Of a stretch of 64,000 bases of DNA, positions 18,256 to 25,744 are shown in pieces. Where the stretch lies: NCBI GenBank assembly GCA_037137395.1, contig JBAXKK010000002.1, positions 31,881 to 95,880 on the forward strand, in the 5' to 3' direction. The notes beneath the pieces were generated by a model, which ran no database searches, was not told the origin of the DNA, and saw only the letters and a list, made by a program, of their open reading frames with translations. A program made the translations under genes and the position numbers. Positions within the stretch are counted from its first letter, which is position 1. Every line of letters starts with the position of its first letter. The DNA comes from Elusimicrobiota bacterium. Lineage in GTDB: Bacteria > Elusimicrobiota > Elusimicrobia > Elusimicrobiales > UBA9959.

Positions 18256-18667
18256 CTCCCGCCTTTTTTACCTCTTCAGCCCCGTCCGGGAAACATGTTA
18301 CTGTTTTCCCCGTCAAAAGTCCGGCGTGCGCCAGCACTACAGGTGAAATACAGATAGCTCCTATAAGCTTCCCTTGTGTCACCGCCCGTTGAAAAATCTT
18401 ATGGACCTTTTCGTTGTCCAGGTACTCCAGAGCTCCGGGCCCGCCCACCAGGGTCAAAGCGTCGTAATCGGCTGGGTTTATTTCATCAATGATATAGTCC
18501 ACCTGGGCCGTGACACGAAATTTCCCCCGCGCCAAACCTATGGCGGTGGAAACCGTGTCCACTTTGATGCCGGCAGCCTCAAGGGCCTTTTTGGGCTCGG
18601 TATATTCCTCATCCCGAAACCCCTGAAAAGCAATAAACATCGCTGCTTTTTTCATATTATCTCCCAT
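18149..18667 (-). CDS. DJ-1/PfpI family protein
   Basis: 172 aa. Nucleophile elbow AICISPVVLA, and typical length and layout. Confidence 0.85.
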   Translation of the reverse strand: MGDNMKKAAMFIAFQGFRDEEYTEPKKALEAAGIKVDTVSTAIGLARGKFRVTAQVDYIIDEINPADYDALTLVGGPGALEYLDNEKVHKIFQRAVTQGKLIGAICISPVVLAHAGLLTGKTVTCFPDGAEEVKKAGARYTGTDLEVDGKLVTASGPVPAKKYGLALAELLK

Positions 18668-18846
18668 TTGCGGATACCGGCAAATAGATATCTCCTACCC
18701 TTTTCCACATCCCTATAACCGGCTTTAATAGGAGTATAATATTTATTTATGGGGGTATTCTTGCCGAAGCGTTATTATTTTGTTAAATTCTATAAAAGGA
18801 CTTCCGCATTCAAGTTACTCCATAAACGAAAGCCCTCGGAGAAAAC

Positions 18847-19965
18847 ATGACTACCGCTGCTGCCGTAAGAAAAACAGTCTTAAACGAGACCATGAGCAAG
18901 GCCGGGGGCAAAATGGTGGATTTCCACGGCTGGGAACTACCTATACAGTTTGAAGGCATCCTGAAGGAGCACGCCGCCGTCCGGAACTCCGCCGGCATCT
19001 TCGATGTTTCCCACATGGGTCAGGTATTCGTCACAGGCCCTGACAGCTTTAAACTACTGCAGAAGACCAACGCCAACGATCTGCGCAAGGCCACGGTTGG
19101 AAAGGGCGTCTATTCCCACCTGCTGAACGAGAATGGCGGCCTGGTGGACGACATTATAGCTTTCTGCCTGGCGCTCAACCGCTATCTGGTTATAGTCAAC
19201 GCCACCACCAGCACTAAAGATTTTAACTGGCTCTCCGCAAAAGCCGCCAAAATGAATGTCACGGTAGAAAACAAGAGCGATGATTATTCCATGGTAGCAG
19301 TGCAGGGCCCCAATGTACCTAAAATGATGGAAATATTTGCTCCGGAAGCCGTAAAATTGCCGCGCTTCGGCATTGTTGAAAAGAAACTTTTCGGCGCAGA
19401 CTGCTTCATCAGCCGCACCGGCTACACCGGCGAGGATGGCTTTGAGATTACCGCCCCCCACTCCGTGATAATCAATATCTGGAACAAGATGATGGAGCTG
19501 GGTAAACCCTACAATATTGTTCCCTGCGGCCTGGGCGCGCGCGACACGCTGCGCCTCGAATCCGGCTATCTCCTTTACGGACAGGATGTGGACGATGACC
19601 ACACAACCTACGAGTCTAATTACGGCTGGGTGGTAGCCATGGATAAAGGCGACTTTACGGCTAAAGACATTCTACTAAAGCAAAAAGCTGAAGGCCTGAA
19701 TAGGAAACTGACAGGTCTAACGCTCACAGCTGGCGGCGTACCCAGGCCCGGCTGCAAAGTTTTCAAGGACGGAAAAGAACTGGGCCAGCTTGCCAGCGCC
19801 ACTTATTCCCCCACGCTCAAAAAAGGTATAGGCGTGGGATACCTGTCCGCCCCTGACCTCAAACCCGGGGAACCTCTGGAGGTGGAGATCCACGGCAAGC
19901 GCGTCCCGGCGATTGTGGCAAAAGTTCCCTTCCACAAGGGCACGGCTTTTACTTTCAAACTGTAG
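18847..19965 (+). CDS. gcvT: glycine cleavage system aminomethyltransferase (T protein)
   Basis: 372 aa. GIFDVSHMG and ISRTGYTGEDGFEI motifs. GGAGA RBS. Confidence 0.92.
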   Translation: MTTAAAVRKTVLNETMSKAGGKMVDFHGWELPIQFEGILKEHAAVRNSAGIFDVSHMGQVFVTGPDSFKLLQKTNANDLRKATVGKGVYSHLLNENGGLVDDIIAFCLALNRYLVIVNATTSTKDFNWLSAKAAKMNVTVENKSDDYSMVAVQGPNVPKMMEIFAPEAVKLPRFGIVEKKLFGADCFISRTGYTGEDGFEITAPHSVIINIWNKMMELGKPYNIVPCGLGARDTLRLESGYLLYGQDVDDDHTTYESNYGWVVAMDKGDFTAKDILLKQKAEGLNRKLTGLTLTAGGVPRPGCKVFKDGKELGQLASATYSPTLKKGIGVGYLSAPDLKPGEPLEVEIHGKRVPAIVAKVPFHKGTAFTFKL

Positions 19966-20016
19966 CGCGACATACAAAACTTAGTTTCATTCAACTAGCC
20001 AGGAGATAATAAAAAT

Positions 20017-20406
20017 ATGCCTAAACAGGAAGAAGCGAAGTATACAAAAACGCATGAATGGATTTTAGTACAGGGGCAGGAAGCCACCGTGGGGCTGTCC
20101 GACCACGCCCAGCACGAGATGGGCGATATAGTGTTTGTGGAACTGCCAAAATCCGCACAGAAGGTTGAAAAGGAAAAGCCCTGCGCCGTGGTAGAATCGG
20201 TCAAGTCAGCCTTTGATATATACGCCCCCGTTTCCGGCCAGATTTCGGCCTTAAACGACGAAGTCACCAAGGATCCCGCCCTGATAAACCAATCTCCCAT
20301 GGATAAAGCGTGGCTTTTCAAAATACAACTTTCTGACACCGATCAGGTCAAAGATCTGATGGACTGGCCCGCCTACCAGGAATTCATAAAGCAGGCAGCG
20401 CATTAG
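20017..20406 (+). CDS. gcvH: glycine cleavage system H protein
   Basis: 129 aa. Lipoyl-lysine motif VESVKSAFDIYAPVSG. Confidence 0.92.
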   Translation: MPKQEEAKYTKTHEWILVQGQEATVGLSDHAQHEMGDIVFVELPKSAQKVEKEKPCAVVESVKSAFDIYAPVSGQISALNDEVTKDPALINQSPMDKAWLFKIQLSDTDQVKDLMDWPAYQEFIKQAAH

Positions 20407-20428
20407 GACAGCGCTAAAGCGCTGTCCT

Positions 20429-20586
20429 GCCATATGCCATAAGCTATAGGCCATACGCGGAAAGTACAATTATACGCCTTAAGCTTTATCGTATTATGAA
20501 GCGCATCATTGAAAGTCCTTTTACTACTTAAATTTTAAGTTTCTGCGTATGGCCTATAGCGTATAGCTTATGGCAATAGCAATAAC
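20429..20586. repeat. heptamer array GCCNTAN with inverted arm (long imperfect palindrome)
   Basis: gccatat gccataa gctatag gccatac gcggaaa at 20429-20463. Reverse-complement arm ctgcgtatggcctatagcgtatagcttatggcaatagc at 20543-20580. Confidence 0.85.
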
Positions 20587-20609
20587 CACACTAACTACAG
20601 GACCAAATT

Positions 20610-21947
20610 ATGTTCATCGCCAACACTCAAAAAGACCGCGAGGAGATGCTCCGAACCATCGGCGTTTCCTCCATTAAAGACCTCTTAAAACAGGTCCCAG
20701 AAAAATTCCTATACCCCGCCTTTAGCCTTCCGGAGACCTCTCTCGACGAGCAGCAGACCGCGCGCCGCATGAAAACTCTCGCCGCGGCTAACACGGCGCA
20801 CCTAAGCTTCCTGGGCGCCGGCGCCTACGAACGCTACATCCCCGCGGCGGTAAAGTCCCTCATCTCAAGGGGCGAATATCTTACCGCTTACACCCCATAT
20901 CAGGCCGAAGCCAGCCAGGGCATACTGCAGACCATATATGAATACCAGAGTTCAGTCTGCGCTCTTTACGCCATGGACTGCGCCAACGCTTCAATGTACG
21001 ACGGAGCCAGCGCTTTCGGCGAGGCCGTGCGCGCAGCGGTTCGCATCACCGGCAAAAAAAAAGTGCTCTGCCAGGAAACCCTCAACCCTCAGTACCTGAC
21101 TACGCTTAAAACCTATTTTTCCAATTCCAGCGATTACCAGTTCATCACCATACCTGCCAGGGATGGTATTATGGACGCCGATAAGTTGGCTGTCCTCCTG
21201 GGCCCGGACACGGCCTGCGTGGCCTTCCAGACACCAAACTTCTTCGGCCTTATGGAAGACGCGCCGAAGATCTCGGAGATGGCGCATAAAACCGGCGCGC
21301 TTGTGGTGGCTGCGGCAGATCCGGCCAGCCTGGGCCTGTTTATCCCTCCGGGCGACTACGGGGCGGACTTCGCGGTTGGTGAAGGCCAGAGCCTCGGACT
21401 TCCTTTAAGCTACGGCGGCCCTTATCTCGGAATTTTCGCGTGCAAAAAAGAATATGTGCGCCAGATGCCAGGCAGAATAGCCGGCATGACAAAAGATAAG
21501 GACGGCAAGCGCGGCTTCGTGCTTACCCTCCAGGCCAGGGAACAGCACATACGACGTGACAAGGCGGCTTCCAATATCTGTTCCAATGAAGCCCTCTGCG
21601 CTTTAAGCGCCACCATCTACCTGGCGCTCCTCGGTCCGGAAGGTCTGAAGGAACTGGCGCGCGCCAACGCCGCAGCCGCGGCTTTCACGGCGGAGAAGCT
21701 CTCCGGAGTAAAAGGCGCAAAGCTCAAGTTTAACGGGACATTCTTCAATGAGTTCGTGCTGGAAATTAAAGGCGACGCCGCGGAACTCAGGGAGAAAGTG
21801 CTGATAAAGGAACATATAGACATCGGGCTGCCGCTCAAAGACCTTTACCCCGCCCTCGGCCCCGGCGCGCTGCTAGTATGCGCCACCGAGACCAAGACCG
21901 AAGCGGATATACTCAGGCTTGTGAAAGCGCTGGGAGAGAACATATGA
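20610..21947 (+). CDS. gcvPA: glycine dehydrogenase (decarboxylating) subunit 1
   Basis: 445 aa with typical GcvPA sequence (YTPYQAEASQG). Confidence 0.92.
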   Translation: MFIANTQKDREEMLRTIGVSSIKDLLKQVPEKFLYPAFSLPETSLDEQQTARRMKTLAAANTAHLSFLGAGAYERYIPAAVKSLISRGEYLTAYTPYQAEASQGILQTIYEYQSSVCALYAMDCANASMYDGASAFGEAVRAAVRITGKKKVLCQETLNPQYLTTLKTYFSNSSDYQFITIPARDGIMDADKLAVLLGPDTACVAFQTPNFFGLMEDAPKISEMAHKTGALVVAAADPASLGLFIPPGDYGADFAVGEGQSLGLPLSYGGPYLGIFACKKEYVRQMPGRIAGMTKDKDGKRGFVLTLQAREQHIRRDKAASNICSNEALCALSATIYLALLGPEGLKELARANAAAAAFTAEKLSGVKGAKLKFNGTFFNEFVLEIKGDAAELREKVLIKEHIDIGLPLKDLYPALGPGALLVCATETKTEADILRLVKALGENI

Positions 21948-23395
21948 ACGATATAACAAAACTCGATAACCGCTTAAGCATTGAAAGATCCGATCCGGGC
22001 CGGCGGGCCGTCAGATTTAATAATCTGCTGAAAGCAAAAGAGGCCCTCCCCGCCGGGCTGGCCAGAAAAGCCCCCCCGAAACTTCCGGAGCTTTCGGAAT
22101 TAGACGTGGTGCGCCATTACACCGGACTTTCAAAAATTAACTTTTCGGTAGACACCCACTTTTATCCGCTGGGTTCCTGCACCATGAAGTACAATCCGAA
22201 GATCAACGAAGAGGCGGCGGCCCTGGAAGGTTTCGCAAATCTTCATCCGCTGGCTCACGACAAAACCTCGCAAGGCACGCTTGAGATGCTCTATGATCTG
22301 GAAAAACGCCTTTGCGCCCTGTGCGCGATGGACGCCTTCACCCTCCAGCCGGCCGCCGGCGCGCACAGCGAATTTACCGGCCTGCTGATAGCCAAAGCCT
22401 ACTTTGCTAAGAGAGGCGAAGATCAGCGCGTGGATATAATTTGTCCCGACTCCGCTCACGGCACCAACCCGGCCACAGCATCCATGCTGGGTTTCAACAC
22501 GATAAACATCAAATCCGGTCCCGACGGCCGGGTAGACCCGGCAGACCTTAAAGCGCACCTGGGCGACAAGACAGCCGTGCTCATGCTGACCGTGCCCAAC
22601 ACGCTGGGGATCTTTGAGTCCCGCATAGAAGAAATAGCCGAAATGGCTCACAAAGCCGGCGCGCTCGTCTATATGGACGGGGCAAATTTCAACGCTCTGA
22701 TCGGTATTGTGAAGCCGGGAGATCTAGGCGTAGATATTATGCACATCAACGCTCATAAAACCTTTTCCACACCGCACGGCGGAGGCGGACCAGGAGCGGG
22801 CGGCATCGGCGTCAAGCGGAGACTGGAGGAATTTTTGCCGGTGCCCCGCGTGAGACTGGAAGACGGAATCTACCGGACCGATTTCTGCTGTCCGGATTCC
22901 ATTGGCAAAGTAAAGGCTTTCTTCGGCAATGTGGGAGTGCTGACACGCGCCTACGCCTACTTGTTAATGCACTCGAAAAAGGAACTGGCCCAAATATCGG
23001 AAAACGCCATACTTAACGCCAATTATATGAAGAGCCGTCTTCAGAATATTTATCCGGCACACTCAGGCGACTACTGCATGCATGAGTGCGTCCTTACCCC
23101 TCCTGCGGCGCTGGCGGCCAAAGGACTGAAGACCCTTGATATCGCCAAACGGCTGCTGGATTACGGATTTCACGCGCCGACAATCTACTTCCCGCTGATC
23201 GTACACGAAGCGATAATGATTGAACCCACCGAGACCGAATCCAGAGAAACCATGGACTCCTTCATAGAAACCATGCTCATAATAAACAACGAGGGCGCCG
23301 CGAACCCGCAGTTGCTGAAAGACGCGCCCCACACAATGCCGGTAAAACGACTGGACGAGGTTCAGGCCGCCAGGCAGCCAAATTTGCGGTGGTAA
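21944..23395 (+). CDS. gcvPB: glycine dehydrogenase (decarboxylating) subunit 2
   Basis: ORF 21878..23395. Start set at MNDITKL (ATGA overlap with the gcvPA stop). PLP-lysine region NAHKTFSTPHGGGGPG. Confidence 0.92.
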   Translation: MNDITKLDNRLSIERSDPGRRAVRFNNLLKAKEALPAGLARKAPPKLPELSELDVVRHYTGLSKINFSVDTHFYPLGSCTMKYNPKINEEAAALEGFANLHPLAHDKTSQGTLEMLYDLEKRLCALCAMDAFTLQPAAGAHSEFTGLLIAKAYFAKRGEDQRVDIICPDSAHGTNPATASMLGFNTINIKSGPDGRVDPADLKAHLGDKTAVLMLTVPNTLGIFESRIEEIAEMAHKAGALVYMDGANFNALIGIVKPGDLGVDIMHINAHKTFSTPHGGGGPGAGGIGVKRRLEEFLPVPRVRLEDGIYRTDFCCPDSIGKVKAFFGNVGVLTRAYAYLLMHSKKELAQISENAILNANYMKSRLQNIYPAHSGDYCMHECVLTPPAALAAKGLKTLDIAKRLLDYGFHAPTIYFPLIVHEAIMIEPTETESRETMDSFIETMLIINNEGAANPQLLKDAPHTMPVKRLDEVQAARQPNLRW

Positions 23396-23412
23396 GTAAG
23401 GGCGCCGCGCCC

Positions 23413-23515
23413 GCCATTAGCCATATGCTCTAGGCCATACGCAGAAACACTGTTAGTTGCCATAAGCATTCACTTCTAAACTTTTCTGCAAATGGCAAAT
23501 GGCCAACGGCTTACA
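23413..23515. repeat. heptamer array GCCNTAN with inverted arm
   Basis: gccatta gccatat gctctag gccatac gcagaaa at 23413-23447. Inverted arm tgcaaatggcaaatggccaacggcttac at 23488-23515. Confidence 0.8.
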
Positions 23516-23528
23516 GCAACAACGTAAT

Positions 23529-24227
23529 ATGACTGAAGGCCTTATAATCGAAACTCATCCGCTCGACGCTTATCAACAAATGGCGGCGGATGAAGTCCTT
23601 TGCGACGCGCTGCTTTCCCCTTACACCCTGCGCTTTTACAACTGGAGCGGGCCGGCCGTAACCTTCGGATATTCACAGCGTATCTTATCGGTGCGCTCTG
23701 CGGTCGGCCCTGAGAAGGTCACCTGGCCCATGACGCGCCGGCCTACCGGCGGCGGGATCGTCTTACATGAAAGCGATCTCACCTTCTCCTTCATCTTCCA
23801 CCAGCCCGGAGCTTATTTCGAGCCGGCAAAAACATATGACCGCCTGCACCGCGCCATAACCGGTGGCTACGCGGGAGCGGGAATCAGTTTTGATTTGCTT
23901 AAAGAAAACACCATTGACTACAAAACCAACAACCCCGTAATGGACTGCTTCGCTAAGCCGGTAAATCTGGATATTATGTATAATAAGAAAAAAGTGCTTG
24001 GAGGAGCCCTGCGAAAATTCGGAGACTATATGCTTTATCAGGCTTCTTTTCAGGCTCCGGACGCAAGAAGCAAAGCGGCTTTTCACAGGGATATAATTGT
24101 TAACGCCTTTGGCCTGGAATTTGGCCTTTCGTGGCGCGGCGCCGAATTTTCAGATCGGGAAACGGATAAAGTAAAAGCCCTCGCGCTCACGAAGTACGCG
24201 TCCAGGGAATGGAACGAGCGGATATAA
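23529..24227 (+). CDS. lipoate-protein ligase / octanoyltransferase family protein (BPL_LplA_LipB domain)
   Basis: ORF 23499..24227. I prefer the second Met (MTEGLI) because the first 10 codons are repeat-array sequence. Contains RRPTGGGIVLHE and KKVLGGALR motifs. Confidence 0.7.
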   Translation: MTEGLIIETHPLDAYQQMAADEVLCDALLSPYTLRFYNWSGPAVTFGYSQRILSVRSAVGPEKVTWPMTRRPTGGGIVLHESDLTFSFIFHQPGAYFEPAKTYDRLHRAITGGYAGAGISFDLLKENTIDYKTNNPVMDCFAKPVNLDIMYNKKKVLGGALRKFGDYMLYQASFQAPDARSKAAFHRDIIVNAFGLEFGLSWRGAEFSDRETDKVKALALTKYASREWNERI

Positions 24228-24234
24228 CAGCAAT

Positions 24235-24311
24235 GGCGAGTGATTAGTAACTAGTGGCGAGAAAGAAACCCCTTTACCAACAGCCACACGCTACTCACTG
24301 ACCACTAGACG
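24235..24311. repeat. heptamer array NNNTAGT family with inverted arm
   Basis: ggcgagt gattagt aactagt ggcgaga at 24235-24262. Inverted arm ctactca ctgacca ctagacg at 24291-24311. Confidence 0.8.
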
Positions 24312-24338
24312 ATAGCGAAGTCCCAAGGAGAAAAACTT

Positions 24339-24569
24339 ATGATCGCATTCGTATTATGCAAACTGGTAGCCGGTCTTGAGCAGAAGGCCGTGCAACAAAT
24401 AAAGAGCGTGCGCGGCGTAAAAGACGTATACCTGACCTTCGGCGGCTGGGACGCCGTCCTTGTGACGGAATCCGACACCATAGACAAACTCAGCGGCCTG
24501 ATAGTGCGCGAGGTCCGCGGGATACATGGCGTGCAGACGACCGAAACCCTGGTCACAACCAACTTATAA
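24339..24569 (+). CDS. small Lrp/AsnC ligand-binding (RAM) domain protein
   Basis: 76 aa with a stand-alone RAM-like fold pattern (VKDVYLTFGGWDAVL). AGGAGA RBS. Confidence 0.6.
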   Translation: MIAFVLCKLVAGLEQKAVQQIKSVRGVKDVYLTFGGWDAVLVTESDTIDKLSGLIVREVRGIHGVQTTETLVTTNL

Positions 24570-24611
24570 CCGCTAAAAATATTATTAAATTATCCCCAGA
24601 GGTAACATAAA

Positions 24612-25026
24612 ATGGAAAATTCCGGTTTCTCTAATCCTGCCGACAAACTCATACTGATAGCGGACGATGACGAGTCTGTCAGAGAACTCATTGAGTGCGT
24701 GGTGAAGAAAGAAGGCTTCAAGGTGGAGAAAGCCGGGGATGGTGAGGAAGCCCTTCAGAAAGCCCGGCAGGTTCATCCAGACCTCATCTTGTTGGATCTC
24801 ATGATGCCAAAAATTCGGAGGGTTTGAGACGCTCCGCGAACTCCAGAGCGATGAAACCACCAGCATCCCAATAATTATCATTACCGGCCGTTACACAGAT
24901 AGATCAACCTCGGAAATGATAAAACAGGAACCCAATGTCGTGGAATTTATTGAGAAACCTGTAAAGCCCCACGCTCTGACCGCGGCATTGCATAAAGTTC
25001 TAAAGACCCGGCCGATTCAAAAATAA
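24612..25026 (+). pseudogene. response-regulator receiver domain split by a frameshift in an A5 run
   Basis: Frame 1 (24612-24827) gives ...ILIADDDESVRE...LILLDLMMPKIRRV*. Frame +1 from 24814 gives FGGFETLRELQSDETTSIPIIIITGRY...IEKPVKP...*, ending 25026. Removing one A at 24809-24813 restores a canonical REC domain. Confidence 0.75.
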
Positions 25027-25051
25027 TATACCATCTGACAGGATTGTCATC

Positions 25052-25744
25052 TTGAGTAAGGTAATGCTAGCCCTGCTGATTTCCCCACTGACCGCGGCTA
25101 CGGCTTTCGCCACGGCCGCTCTGGCGTGTTCCGCCCTGGCGCGCCTTCAGGCAGCCCTCCCTCTTCTGCTGGGGGCGGCCCTTTACTGTCCTCTGCACTT
25201 CTATCTACCCCGAAACCGATTTTTTTATGTCCTCTCCCACGAATTAAGCCACGCTCTCGCGGCTTTGGCCAGCGGTGTTAAAGTGAGGAGGATAAACATC
25301 GGCAGGACCGGCGGCTTTGTGACATTGAACGCCACTAACGCGTTCATCTCGCTGGCGCCATATTTCATCCCTTTCTACGCGCTCGCGGCAGGGTTGACAT
25401 ACTGGCTGGCGGCCTATTTTTGCGATATGTCGCCCTACAGATCCGTTTTTATCGGCGCCACCGGTTTTTTTCTGACTTTCCATCTACTGAACACCGGCGA
25501 CATTCTGACCGGGCCCGTACAGAGCGACCTAAAAAAGGCCGGGGGAGTTTTTTTTTCCGTCTCCATGGTGCTGCTGCTCAACAGCCTGTGCCTGGCCCTG
25601 GCGCTAAAAATGATATTTCCGGACCTCGTCTCGCTTAAGAGTTACGCCGCAGGAGTTTATAATGTGACCGGAGTTATAACCGGCTGGTTGTTCGCGGCCG
25701 CGTCTTACCTCTTTAATACTGCTAAAATATATCTGCGTTCATGA
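25052..25744 (+). CDS. integral membrane protein with HExxH motif (M50B-like putative metalloprotease)
   Basis: 230 aa (TTG start in the track; an ATG lies 12 nt downstream). About 6 TM helices. HELSHAL motif. Confidence 0.45.
   Translation: MSKVMLALLISPLTAATAFATAALACSALARLQAALPLLLGAALYCPLHFYLPRNRFFYVLSHELSHALAALASGVKVRRINIGRTGGFVTLNATNAFISLAPYFIPFYALAAGLTYWLAAYFCDMSPYRSVFIGATGFFLTFHLLNTGDILTGPVQSDLKKAGGVFFSVSMVLLLNSLCLALALKMIFPDLVSLKSYAAGVYNVTGVITGWLFAAASYLFNTAKIYLRS

Noticed and set aside
18668-18846. Possible glycine riboswitch upstream of gcvT.
   Set aside because: I looked for the conserved GGAGAG...CACCGAAGGGGCAA-type cores of the tandem glycine aptamers and did not find them. Only a cmscan could exclude a divergent version.
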